Shown piece by piece: positions 28,382 to 37,657 of a DNA stretch of 64,000 bases (its first letter is position 1; the number at the start of each line of letters is the position of its first letter). Under the pieces are notes generated by a model that saw only the letters and a program-made list of their open reading frames with translations, was not told the origin of the DNA and made no database searches. This DNA is from Elusimicrobiota bacterium (GTDB lineage: Bacteria > Elusimicrobiota > Endomicrobiia > CG1-02-37-114 > XYA2-FULL-39-19): NCBI GenBank assembly GCA_018816525.1, contig JAHIVV010000012.1:2253-66252 (forward strand), read 5' to 3'. The position numbers and the translations under genes are program-made.

Positions 28382-29074
28382 ATGATTGAGAAGCTTGTTA
28401 AATATTTAGGCGGGATTATTGTTGCTTTAATTTCAGCAACAGGTTACTACGGAATCATTGCCGCTATGTGCATTGAAAGCGCGTGCATTCCGCTTCCAAG
28501 CGAAATTATTATGCCTTTTTCCGGATACCTTGTAGCTACCGGAAGGTTTACATCAGTTTGTGGCCCCTGGATGGCGCTTGTTTATGTATCAGCGGCGGGA
28601 GCTTTCGGCTGTGTAATAGGTTCAATTATAGCTTATGTTGCTGGTGTTTGGGGCGGCAGGCCTTTTCTTGAAAAATATGGCAAATATATATTGATTTCCA
28701 GGCACGATATGGACAACGCTGACAGGTGGTTTGCTAAATATGGCCAGCTTTCAGCATTTATCAGCAGGATGCTGCCCGTTATCAGGACTTTTATTTCATT
28801 GCCTGCCGGAATTGGCAGGGTTCCATTTATTAAATTTATATTTTATACTTTTATCGGTTCGTTCCCGTGGTGTTTTCTTCTTTCTTATATTGGCTATGAA
28901 TTCGGCAAAAGGGCAGGCACTTTTCTTGAGTGGGAAATGCTGCTAAAAGATAAGTTAGGCAGATGGATGCATCTGGTGGATGCTGTAATTATTATCATTA
29001 TATTAGCAGGTGTTGTCTGGTTTGTGAAGCGCCACCTTTCGCACAGAAAATTGGAAAAAGTTATCCAAAAGTAA
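28382..29074 (+). CDS. DedA/SNARE-associated family membrane protein
   Basis: DedA signature region (GYYGIIAAMCIESACIPLPSEIIMPFSGYL). Confidence 0.8.
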   Translation: MIEKLVKYLGGIIVALISATGYYGIIAAMCIESACIPLPSEIIMPFSGYLVATGRFTSVCGPWMALVYVSAAGAFGCVIGSIIAYVAGVWGGRPFLEKYGKYILISRHDMDNADRWFAKYGQLSAFISRMLPVIRTFISLPAGIGRVPFIKFIFYTFIGSFPWCFLLSYIGYEFGKRAGTFLEWEMLLKDKLGRWMHLVDAVIIIIILAGVVWFVKRHLSHRKLEKVIQK

Positions 29075-29228
29075 GTTCTTCAGCTTTCTTGTCAAAACCA
29101 ACCTTGTAATTGCGCAGTTGATTTTTTATCTGCAGGGAATCAATACCTATTTTTTCGGTGATTTTATAAGCAAAGTCATCAACTTCAAAGGTTAGATGCC
29201 AGGGATAAAGAAAGGATTCAGGATTTTT

Positions 29229-29681
29229 TTAGAGTTGTTTCATTAGGGGGACTTCGTTACAGTCGGGGAAAATAGGGCATTTAATACAGTCTGTCCAGAC
29301 CTTGTGGGGCAATTTGTCTCTTGAAACTTCGTGATAGCCGAGTTTCTTAAAGAATTCCGGTATAAGCGTGAGAGCAAATACGTTTTTAACGCCGAGTTTT
29401 TTTGCTTCCTTGTGGCAGGTTTTCATAAGCTTGACTCCATAACCCTTGCCTTTGGTTTTAGTGTCAACAGCTAAAGAACGTATTTCAGCTAAATCTTCCC
29501 AGGTTACGTGAAGCCCGCAGCACCCGACTATCTTTTTGTTTTCTTCTACAACAAAGAAGTCAGATAAGTGGTCATAAATCTCGCTAAGCGCTTTGGAAAG
29601 CATTAACTTTTTATCAGCATAAGAATTTATTAATTTGTGCATTGAAGGCGCATCCTGAACTCTTGCTTTTCGAATTGTCAT
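29229..29681 (-). CDS. GNAT family N-acetyltransferase
   Basis: Acetyl-CoA binding motif (VDTKTKGKGYGVKLM). Confidence 0.75.
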   Translation of the reverse strand: MTIRKARVQDAPSMHKLINSYADKKLMLSKALSEIYDHLSDFFVVEENKKIVGCCGLHVTWEDLAEIRSLAVDTKTKGKGYGVKLMKTCHKEAKKLGVKNVFALTLIPEFFKKLGYHEVSRDKLPHKVWTDCIKCPIFPDCNEVPLMKQL

Positions 29682-30232
29682 AGGGGTTTTACTCCTGAAA
29701 TTCCTTTTTTGTAGGCTTCTATGTTTAATTTAACAAGTTCAGGTTTCTTGGAAAAAGTGTTATTTATCGCTTTGGATACGCTGTCAGACGAAATAATTTT
29801 TTTCACGCCTGTATAGGCTCCAAGCATTACCATATTCGCACAGCGTATATCGCCAAGTTCCTGGGCAATAGCCGTAGCTGGAATTTGAAATATTCCTGAA
29901 ATTCTATTTTTCAAATCCCGGGCTTCTTGTGAAATATCGATCAAGGAAGAATTTATTATCAACACTCCGTTACTTGTAAGCTTGGGCAGAAACTTAACTA
30001 ACGAGGGGGTATTCATGATAATCAGCGAGTTAGCGCAGCTGATTGTCGGAGAACCTATCTCTTCATCAGAGATTATTACAGTGCAGTTGGTTGTTCCGCC
30101 CCGGATCTCTGCGCCGTAACTTGGGTAAAAAGTTACGAACTTACCCTGCTCTACGGCAGATTCCGCAAGTATTTTTCCCAAGGCTAAAATTCCCTGGCCG
30201 CCTGCTCCTGCAATAAAAATTTCATCTTTCAT
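29678..30232 (-). CDS. 2-oxoacid:ferredoxin oxidoreductase gamma-subunit family protein (stand-alone)
   Basis: IFIAGAGGQGILALGKILAESA ... GAEIRGGTTNC, matching the POR/KOR/IOR gamma fold. Confidence 0.65.
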   Translation of the reverse strand: MKDEIFIAGAGGQGILALGKILAESAVEQGKFVTFYPSYGAEIRGGTTNCTVIISDEEIGSPTISCANSLIIMNTPSLVKFLPKLTSNGVLIINSSLIDISQEARDLKNRISGIFQIPATAIAQELGDIRCANMVMLGAYTGVKKIISSDSVSKAINNTFSKKPELVKLNIEAYKKGISGVKPL

Positions 30233-30285
30233 GTTTTAATTATATAATTTTGAAAATAGAAATGCAAAACAAATCCTCGGAAGGG

Positions 30286-30795
30286 TTACCATTTATCCCA
30301 GCGCACAATTTCCTCCAGGTTTTTTCTGTCCCGGGTATCCGGATTTTCTGCGGGATAACCGAGTGTGAGAAGTTCAACAACCTGAATGTCTTTTGGAATA
30401 CCCAGTATTTTTTTTACTTCATCTTTATAAAATGAGCCAATCCAGCAGGATCCCAGGCCTTCTTCTACAGCTTTTAGCGTCATATGATCAATTGCAATAG
30501 ATAAATCTACTGTGGTAGCTGGCTGTCCGCATCGCATTAAATATCCGTCATCCAGGCCGCAGCAGGCTATTACTACCGGCGCTTCCGAAACAAATGCCTG
30601 ATTATTTGCGGCTATGGATAATTTTTCCCTTGTTTGTTTATCTTGAACTACGATAAACTGCCATTCTTGCCGGTTTCGTGCTGATGGAGCCAGGCGGGCT
30701 GCTTCAAGGACAGAATTAAGTTTTTCTTTCTCAACAGGCTTGTTTTGATATTTTCTAATACTCCTGCGGTTTTTAATCGCTTCCATGACGTTCAT
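30286..30795 (-). CDS. nitroreductase family protein
   Basis: RRSIRKY N-terminal motif and nitroreductase fold, 169 aa. Confidence 0.8.
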   Translation of the reverse strand: MNVMEAIKNRRSIRKYQNKPVEKEKLNSVLEAARLAPSARNRQEWQFIVVQDKQTREKLSIAANNQAFVSEAPVVIACCGLDDGYLMRCGQPATTVDLSIAIDHMTLKAVEEGLGSCWIGSFYKDEVKKILGIPKDIQVVELLTLGYPAENPDTRDRKNLEEIVRWDKW

Positions 30796-30812
30796 TTCAG
30801 GCCTCTTTACTA

Positions 30813-32369
30813 TTAGTTTGCGATTATCGGGATTATTACTATAAGCAGTGTCAGGATTGATACTCCTAAGGCAACAGCTCCTGCCCAGGGGGAAGTCAGC
30901 ATTTTTTTGATTTTATCCCTATTTGCATTTTCCGGTTCCAGCGTTGTCTGAGCTTTTGCAATTCCCATTCTTTCCTGTATCGAGCTTAATTCTTTTTTTA
31001 AAAGCTCTACAGCTGTCTGCAACCCGGCTAGTTTGTCTGCAGTGTCCTGGGTTAAAGCGGGCTGCGGGTTATTTGATTCCCTGGTTTGCTCGGCATTTTT
31101 TTTGTCCTGGCCCGTAACTTTTTGCATTTTAAAATCTGTTTTAAATTGGTCAAATTGAGCCTGCAGTTCGGTCAGCTTCCTGTTAAGTTCGATTACCGCA
31201 AGGTTAGTTTCCCTTACGCGGTTTTTTGAATCCGCCTGATCGTCGTATAATTTTTGCTGGTTATCGGATAAAACCTTGAAAGAATCTTCAACGTTTGCCA
31301 AATCATCGCTTAATTGTATTATTTGAATTTCAAGAGATTTTAATTTTTTGTTTCCCGCTGGTGCAGGGCTTGCGGTTTTCTTTTTAGCTGTTGTTGCGGC
31401 AACAACAGAAATATTTGAAAACAATGCCAAAGAAAAAATACATAATGCAATTGCAGCAGATTTTTTTAATAATTTCAAAGCTTTTGAAAAATCGGCTGGT
31501 AATTTTGCGCTTAATTGTATTTCTTTTTTAGTTTTTGGGTGCATAATAGTAAGTTTCCAGGCGTGAAGCATCTGCCGGGAAATGTTGAGTTTTTCTGATT
31601 CATTTTTTGATTCAAAACTATAGTAAACCTTGTCGCCTAAAATTGAGCGCCCTATTGAATTTAAATGAACTCTTATCTGATGGGTCCTTCCGGTTAAAGG
31701 GTGGACTTCCAGAAAAGTGTTATCCTTAAAAGCTTCTTTTACTTTGAAATGAGTCATTGCCGTTCTCCCGAATCCGATTGTAAACTTTTTTCTGTCCCGG
31801 AAATCTCTTGCTAAAGGCGCATCGATGCTTCCATTTTTTTCAATAAATATGCCATGAACCAGCGCTAGGTATATTTTTTCTACAGACCTGTGCATAAACT
31901 GTTTCATTATGTTATACTGAGCGGCAGGTGTTTTTGCAATTATCATCAGCCCAGAAGTATCTTTATCCAGGCGGTGAACGAGCCCCGAACGGTCTATTTT
32001 TGAATTATTCCTCTGGGCGGAGATTATATCTGAAATCGTCGGTTCCTGTATTTTAACAGCGCGCCCGGAACGCCCAAAAACAGGATGCGCGCTTATACCA
32101 AAGGGTTTGTTTATTGCAATAAACGAATCGTCTTCGTAGATTATTTCCAGCGGGCATTTTGAAAAATCGGTTTTTGTTGTTGCTGGGAAAATGATGCTGA
32201 CCTTGTCATTTTCACGCAGTTTATAAGAAGGTTCAGTTGCCCGGCTGTTGATAAGCACAGCTTTTTCTTTTATGAGCTGTTTGAAGTAATTTCTTGAAAA
32301 ATCAGGGTAATTAGCGGCAAGAAAAGAATCTATTCTTGCCCCGGGTATTGCCGTAAGTTCTTTTTCCAT
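30813..32369 (-). CDS. RluA/RluD-family pseudouridine synthase fused in frame to a C-terminal signal-like/coiled-coil/TM-anchored module
   Basis: Residues 1-300: S4 domain plus catalytic HRLDKDTSGL. Residues 298-518: MKLLKKSAAIALCIFSLALFSNISVVA-like hydrophobic segment starting at an in-frame TTG (31476-31478), a long coiled coil, and a terminal TM (AVALGVSILTLLIVIIPIIAN). Confidence 0.75.
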   Translation of the reverse strand: MEKELTAIPGARIDSFLAANYPDFSRNYFKQLIKEKAVLINSRATEPSYKLRENDKVSIIFPATTKTDFSKCPLEIIYEDDSFIAINKPFGISAHPVFGRSGRAVKIQEPTISDIISAQRNNSKIDRSGLVHRLDKDTSGLMIIAKTPAAQYNIMKQFMHRSVEKIYLALVHGIFIEKNGSIDAPLARDFRDRKKFTIGFGRTAMTHFKVKEAFKDNTFLEVHPLTGRTHQIRVHLNSIGRSILGDKVYYSFESKNESEKLNISRQMLHAWKLTIMHPKTKKEIQLSAKLPADFSKALKLLKKSAAIALCIFSLALFSNISVVAATTAKKKTASPAPAGNKKLKSLEIQIIQLSDDLANVEDSFKVLSDNQQKLYDDQADSKNRVRETNLAVIELNRKLTELQAQFDQFKTDFKMQKVTGQDKKNAEQTRESNNPQPALTQDTADKLAGLQTAVELLKKELSSIQERMGIAKAQTTLEPENANRDKIKKMLTSPWAGAVALGVSILTLLIVIIPIIAN

Positions 32370-33112
32370 AAGTAATATAAGCTGACAGATGATATAACCA
32401 AGAAAAGTATCGAAATAAATTGCGACGGATACAAACGGTTAAAAATCATCGGCCCTCTGTCGTCTCCCCTGAAGAATTCAATAAAGAATCTCCATAAGCT
32501 GTAGATTATGATAGCAGTAAAAAAAGTCTGGCTGTTGAATATTTTTTTTCTGTTTAAATAATGAGTGAACACAAAGACAATAAAACTGAACAATGATTCT
32601 AAAATTTGCGTGGGGACTAATTTTATATTTAACGGTGCAAAAGCCTTCGTGTTAGAAAACACAATACCCCAAAAGCCGGTTGTTGGCCTTCCGTAACAGC
32701 ACCCGGCGCAAAGGCATCCTATTCTGCCGATAGCCAGGCCTAAAAAAAATGCGGGGGAAAATAGATCCGCAAATTTCAAAATGTCATATTTTTTCTTTCG
32801 CAAATAAAAGAAAACGGCAATAAAAGCTGTAACCACGCCGCCGTAAAGCACAAGGCCGCCGGACCAAATGAAAAATATTTCCAGGAGGTTGCTTCTATAG
32901 AATCCCCAGTTCAGCGCGACATAGATGGCCCTGGCGCCTATTAAACCGCTTAGAAGAATATAGAGCCCCAGGTCTAATATGGTTTCTACGCTTAACGCTT
33001 GTTTTGCGGCCTGCCTGCTCAAATAGTAAATAGCTGCTGCAAATCCCAGGGCTACAAAAAATCCATAAGTTTTAATTGACAAAGGGCCTAAATTGAAAAG
33101 TTCAGGGCACAT
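32330..33112 (-). CDS. lgt: prolipoprotein diacylglyceryl transferase
   Basis: Lgt signature and multi-TM topology (GPLSIKTYGFFVALGF...). Confidence 0.85.
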   Translation of the reverse strand: MCPELFNLGPLSIKTYGFFVALGFAAAIYYLSRQAAKQALSVETILDLGLYILLSGLIGARAIYVALNWGFYRSNLLEIFFIWSGGLVLYGGVVTAFIAVFFYLRKKKYDILKFADLFSPAFFLGLAIGRIGCLCAGCCYGRPTTGFWGIVFSNTKAFAPLNIKLVPTQILESLFSFIVFVFTHYLNRKKIFNSQTFFTAIIIYSLWRFFIEFFRGDDRGPMIFNRLYPSQFISILFLVISSVSLYYLWKKNLRQYPGQE

Positions 33113-33117
33113 AATTG

Positions 33118-33576
33118 TTAAGATTTCCTTTTAATAAAAAAAGAAATGAAAAGTATTGCGCCGCCGATTGAAATGGACGAATCTGCGACATTAAAAACGG
33201 GGAAAAAATGGAAATCAATAAAATCTATTACATTTCCCAGAAAAATTCTGTCTATCAGGTTTCCAAAAGCTCCGGCAAAAACCAGTGTAATTGCAATTTC
33301 AGCCGCTCGACCGCCAAATTCAATAAGTTTATTGTAATAAATGATGAAACAGGCGAGTATGGCGATCATAATAAAAATGAATGCAACATTTGAATAAGCC
33401 TGGTTCTGAAAAAAACCCCACGCCATGCCGGTATTATGTATATAGGTCAAGGATAGAAAGGATGTGACCGGTTTTGACTGGTAGAGGAAAAAGTTTTTTC
33501 TTATAAAAAACTTGGTTAGCTGATCAAGAATGACAATAAGAAGAATAACGGGACAGCTATATTTCAAATGTTTCAT
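33118..33576 (-). CDS. lspA: lipoprotein signal peptidase II
   Basis: 152 aa, 4 TM segments, LspA motifs (NTGMAWGF, FNVADS). Confidence 0.85.
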   Translation of the reverse strand: MKHLKYSCPVILLIVILDQLTKFFIRKNFFLYQSKPVTSFLSLTYIHNTGMAWGFFQNQAYSNVAFIFIMIAILACFIIYYNKLIEFGGRAAEIAITLVFAGAFGNLIDRIFLGNVIDFIDFHFFPVFNVADSSISIGGAILFISFFIKRKS

Positions 33577-33646
33577 TAATTATAATTATATCTTAATTTA
33601 CGGGTTAAGGCAATATTACCCTCTTTGGTGTTGATATTTTTTAGCG

Positions 33647-36406
33647 TTAAATAAGCTTTGCAATAGTATCCTTACACCGCGGGCATAAATCTTCCGCAGC
33701 GGTTTCAGTTGACCAGTTCCAGCATCTCGGGCATTTCTTGCCTTCGGCATGAGATACCGTAATTTTCAAACCCTCACTAATCGGTTTCAATTCAAGTTGT
33801 GATACAATCAGTATGGCAGGCAAATCTTTCTGATATTTTTTTAATAGTTCCAATAATTCATTATCGGTTTCAATAACAAGTTTTGCTTCTAAGGAGCCTC
33901 CGATAAGCGCCGATTTTCTTGCGCTTTCAAGTTCCATATTGGCTTTATCGCGAACTTCCATGATTTTTTTCCAATTTTTTTCAATGGTTTCATTCATCAA
34001 TTCTGTTTTTGGTTCTGGAATTGTTTCCATATAAATGCTTGCTGATGCTTCGCTGATATTCTTTGACTCCTGTCTTAAAGTCTGCCAGGCTTCTTCAGCT
34101 GTGAATGAAAGAATGGGGGAAATAAGTTTCAGCATGGTGATTAGAATTTCCTGAAGAACAGTTTGCGCTGAGCGTCTTTCTTTGGAATCAGCGGGATAAG
34201 TGTAGAGCCGGTCTTTAAGGATGTCTAAATAAAAACCTGAAAGATCAAGGACACAGAAATTATTCACGAGCGAGACAACACTATGGAATTCGTAACTGTC
34301 ATAGGCTTTTGTAACGTCTTTATTTAACTGTTGAAGGCGCAAAAGCATATATTTATCAAGCTCAAGCAGGTCCTCGTATTTTATTTTGTTGCTGTTGGCG
34401 TCATAGTCGCATAAATTGCCGATTATAAAGCGGACGGTGTTTCTTATTTTCCTGTAAGTTTCGACAAGCCGTTCGATAATTTCTTTTGAAATTCTTATAT
34501 CTTCGCTGTAATCGCTGGAACTTACCCACAGGCGCAAAATTTCTGCCCCGAAACTTTTCATTATTTCCTGTGGAGCGATCACATTTCCCTGCGATTTAGA
34601 CATTTTCTTTCCTTCAGCGTCAACAACAAAGCCATGGGTAAGTACTTCTTTAAAAGGCGCTTTACCGTGTAAAGCGACTGAAGGGATCAATGAAAGCTGG
34701 AACCAACCTCTGTGCTGATCGCTTCCTTCAAGGTACATATCAGCCGGCCAGTTTGATTTGTCAGATAAAACTACTTCGTGCGATCCGCCGGATTCGAACC
34801 AGACATCAAAAATATCGGATTCCTTTTTAAATTTGTCATTGCCGCACTTACATTTGTACCCTGAAGGAAGGAAATCTTCAATAGGCCTGGAAAACCAGCA
34901 ATCACTACTCTCTGTTTTGGTATATTTTTCAAATTTTTCTATAACTGTCGGATTTAAAGAAACATCTTCGCATTTTTCGCATTTAATCGCGGGGATTGGC
35001 AAACCCCAGTATCTTTGTCTTGACAAACACCAATCTGGGCGGTTTTCAAGCATTCCCGTGATTCTTTTAATACCGTACTCCGGAATCCATTTAACGTCTT
35101 TTACCGAGTTTAACAGTTTTTTGCGCAAACCCTGCAGGTCAACGTTCATAAACCATTGATAAGTTGCTCGGAAGATTACAGCATGTTTGCATCTCCAGCA
35201 GTGCGGGTACGAGTGAGTTATTTCTGTTTCATTCAGCAAGGCGCCGATTTCTTTTAACCTCTTGGTGATCATCGGGTTTGCTGCAAAAACCCTATGCCCG
35301 CAGAATTCAGGAACTTCACTTGTGAATGCGCCTTTATCGTCAACTGGTGAAAGAATGGGGAGATTATATTTTAGTCCGACAACATAATCTTCCTGTCCGT
35401 GGCCGGGAGCGTTGTGCACAATGCCTGAGCCGTCTTCCAGGCTGACAAAATCAGCAAGAATGCCTGTAGAAGTGCTGTCAATAAGAGGGTTTTTGCATTT
35501 TATGTATTCAAAATCTTTTCCTTTGAAAACGAGGTTGGTAACTTCATAATTTGTGAGGCCTATTTTTTCAGTAACTGATTTAAGAAGTTTTTCTGCGATC
35601 ACCATGTGTTCATCCCCTGTTTTTATAAATACGTAATTTTCTTCAGCCGCAAAAGACAATGCAACGTTTGCAGGAAGGGTCCAGGGTGTTGTGGTCCAGA
35701 TTACTATGGAACTATTTTCAGGAAGATTTTTTGCTTTTAGTGCCGGAGTATATTCAATTACTTTGAATTTTACAAAAATTGAAGGGGAAATGTGGTCTGC
35801 ATATTCCACTTCGGCGTCCGCCAGGGCTGTTTCGCAGTGAGTGCACCAATAAACCGGTTTTTTTGCGCGGTAAATATAATCTTTTTCTACCAGTTGTTTG
35901 AACATGTGGATTATGGTTGATTCATATTCTGGCGCCATAGTAAGATAAGGACGGCCCCAATCTCCGAAAACTCCAAGCTTCTTGAATTCATCTCTTTGTA
36001 TATCGACGAATTTCATGGCAAAATCTTTTGCTTTTTTACGCAATTCGATTTTATCTATCTGTCTTTTGTCTAATTTGAGGGTTTTGAATAACTGGTGTTC
36101 GATAGGAAGCCCGTGGCAGTCCCATCCCGGAACGTAGGGGGTGGAAAAACCGCGCATTGATTTGTATTTTACTACGATATCTTTCAATATTTTATTTAAA
36201 GCATGCCCGATGTGGATAACGCCGTTTGCGTAAGGTGGGCCGTCATGCAAAATGAACTGGTTTGCGCTTTTTTTGAGCATTTTTTCATAAACTTTGTTTT
36301 CGTTCCAAAGTGCCAGGATTTTTGGTTCCAGCACCGAAAGGTTTGCCTTCATTGAAAACTGGGTTTTTGGTAAATTAACTGTTTTTGAATAATTTTTCTT
36401 TTCCAT
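33647..36406 (-). CDS. ileS: isoleucyl-tRNA synthetase
   Basis: HIGH (PYANGVIHIGH) and KMSKS motifs, 919 aa, C-terminal zinc ribbon. Confidence 0.95.
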   Translation of the reverse strand: MEKKNYSKTVNLPKTQFSMKANLSVLEPKILALWNENKVYEKMLKKSANQFILHDGPPYANGVIHIGHALNKILKDIVVKYKSMRGFSTPYVPGWDCHGLPIEHQLFKTLKLDKRQIDKIELRKKAKDFAMKFVDIQRDEFKKLGVFGDWGRPYLTMAPEYESTIIHMFKQLVEKDYIYRAKKPVYWCTHCETALADAEVEYADHISPSIFVKFKVIEYTPALKAKNLPENSSIVIWTTTPWTLPANVALSFAAEENYVFIKTGDEHMVIAEKLLKSVTEKIGLTNYEVTNLVFKGKDFEYIKCKNPLIDSTSTGILADFVSLEDGSGIVHNAPGHGQEDYVVGLKYNLPILSPVDDKGAFTSEVPEFCGHRVFAANPMITKRLKEIGALLNETEITHSYPHCWRCKHAVIFRATYQWFMNVDLQGLRKKLLNSVKDVKWIPEYGIKRITGMLENRPDWCLSRQRYWGLPIPAIKCEKCEDVSLNPTVIEKFEKYTKTESSDCWFSRPIEDFLPSGYKCKCGNDKFKKESDIFDVWFESGGSHEVVLSDKSNWPADMYLEGSDQHRGWFQLSLIPSVALHGKAPFKEVLTHGFVVDAEGKKMSKSQGNVIAPQEIMKSFGAEILRLWVSSSDYSEDIRISKEIIERLVETYRKIRNTVRFIIGNLCDYDANSNKIKYEDLLELDKYMLLRLQQLNKDVTKAYDSYEFHSVVSLVNNFCVLDLSGFYLDILKDRLYTYPADSKERRSAQTVLQEILITMLKLISPILSFTAEEAWQTLRQESKNISEASASIYMETIPEPKTELMNETIEKNWKKIMEVRDKANMELESARKSALIGGSLEAKLVIETDNELLELLKKYQKDLPAILIVSQLELKPISEGLKITVSHAEGKKCPRCWNWSTETAAEDLCPRCKDTIAKLI

Positions 36407-36426
36407 TTTTATATTCCTTTTCGTAT

Positions 36427-36912
36427 TTACAATTTTATTAGTTCAACTTTTTTGGAAGGAAGCTCCAATAGGGCTATTGTGGATTTTCCGGTAAGCCATC
36501 CGCCGCATTCACCCGGGTTGATTATAAGCGTTTTTCCGGTAGTTTTTATTTCCGGGTTGTGCGTGTGCCCGTAAATTATGATATCATTTTTCTGTGATGC
36601 TATTAAAGCGTCAATAGAATCGGGTTCATGCATTAACAAAACCTGCCGGCCGTCCAAGTTTGTTTCGTAATATTTGTCATGAATGGTCCCGATATCTTTA
36701 AATTTTTCTCTTAGCATCTTTTTATCGCCGTCATTATTTCCAAAAACAGCAACAAACTTTGATTTTAGGTTTTTGAATTCTTTAGAAGTAAAGGGAGAGA
36801 CAAAATCCCCTGCATGCAAAACAATGTCCACTTTTCTTTTATTAAAAACATCTACAGTTCTGGCAATTAAAGGCAAATTGTCGTGCGTGTCTGAGATAAC
36901 CCCAATTAACAT
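36427..36912 (-). CDS. YfcE/MJ0936-type metallophosphoesterase
   Basis: Motifs DTHDN, GDFV, GHTH. Confidence 0.8.
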   Translation of the reverse strand: MLIGVISDTHDNLPLIARTVDVFNKRKVDIVLHAGDFVSPFTSKEFKNLKSKFVAVFGNNDGDKKMLREKFKDIGTIHDKYYETNLDGRQVLLMHEPDSIDALIASQKNDIIIYGHTHNPEIKTTGKTLIINPGECGGWLTGKSTIALLELPSKKVELIKL

Positions 36913-36924
36913 TACAACCTCTTT

Positions 36925-36963
36925 AATACCCCGTGTTAGTCTCTTGGAAGACTATGGGGTATT
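36925..36963 (-). promoter_or_regulatory. conserved SD-adjacent hairpin element, copy B (intercistronic, upstream of the phosphoesterase gene)
   Basis: mRNA sense AATACCCC-AT-AGTCTTCCAAGAGACT-AACAC-GGGGTATT followed by AAAGAGGTTGTAATG. Confidence 0.5.
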
Positions 36964-36967
36964 CCCT

Positions 36968-37507
36968 TTATCTTCCGTAGAACTCGTAAATATCTATTCC
37001 GTTTTTATTAAAATGTTCAAAAAAGTGCATTAAGAGTTTTCGTGTTGTATACACATCTGCCAGTGCCCTGTGTTTGTTCTTTGGGTTAATCTTATAATAA
37101 TCCGCCAGGCTCTGCAGTTTGTTTGAAGGAAATTTAAAAAATTTCCTTGCCAGGAGCAGTGTGTCCATTACCGGGTTATCAGGAGCGGGTTTATTTAATA
37201 GTGAAAGCTCCTGCTGGAGGAATTTCATGTCAAACGGCACGTTGTGGCAGACAATTATTCTATCGGAAAATAATTCTAAAATATTATCCGCAAGGTCATG
37301 AAAACGGGGGGCATCTTTTACCATTTCGTCGGTTATTCTGTTTACCATGCTTGCTGCAGGGTGAATGGGCTGGAGGGGGTTAACCAGGCTCGAAAAGGAT
37401 TTCTTGATTTTGAAATTATCACAGCACAAGATGCCTATTTCGCAGATTCTATCCCCGTTTGTAGGGCTCAACCCGGTAGTTTCCACATCAAAAAACACCA
37501 TTTTCAT
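36968..37507 (-). CDS. DEDDh 3'-5' exonuclease (DNA polymerase III epsilon-like)
   Basis: Exo I motif FFDVETTGL and later DEDDh motifs. TATAAT box 7 nt upstream of the ATG suggests a leaderless transcript. Confidence 0.8.
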   Translation of the reverse strand: MKMVFFDVETTGLSPTNGDRICEIGILCCDNFKIKKSFSSLVNPLQPIHPAASMVNRITDEMVKDAPRFHDLADNILELFSDRIIVCHNVPFDMKFLQQELSLLNKPAPDNPVMDTLLLARKFFKFPSNKLQSLADYYKINPKNKHRALADVYTTRKLLMHFFEHFNKNGIDIYEFYGR

Positions 37508-37585
37508 AGTTGTAATTATACCACTAAATCAGCTAAAAGACAAACTTTAATCGAAAACACTTTGACAACCTTTGACAAAAACACA

Positions 37586-37614
37586 TTGACAAAACGAGTA
37601 GGATTTTGTAGAAT
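37586..37614 (+). promoter_or_regulatory. sigma70-type promoter (extended -10) for the pal operon, preceded by two further TTGACAA boxes
   Basis: TTGACA (37586-37591), 17-nt spacer, TG-n-TAGAAT (37607-37614). Additional TTGACAA copies at 37562 and 37572. Confidence 0.45.
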
Positions 37615-37639
37615 TCTTAATCGAGAGATAATTGAAGCT

Positions 37640-37648
37640 GGGGGGGGG
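37640..37648 (+). repeat. G9 homopolymer tract in the pal 5' leader
   Basis: Nine consecutive G at 37640-37648, 9 nt upstream of the pal ATG (37658), overlapping the SD position. Confidence 0.9.
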
Positions 37649-37657
37649 TAAAAAGAG

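Noticed and set aside
34785-34802. Perfect tRNA T-arm-like GGTTCGAATCC on the minus strand
   Set aside because: It lies inside ileS and encodes WFESGGS in frame. No acceptor or anticodon arms around it. No convincing tRNA gene was found in the window.
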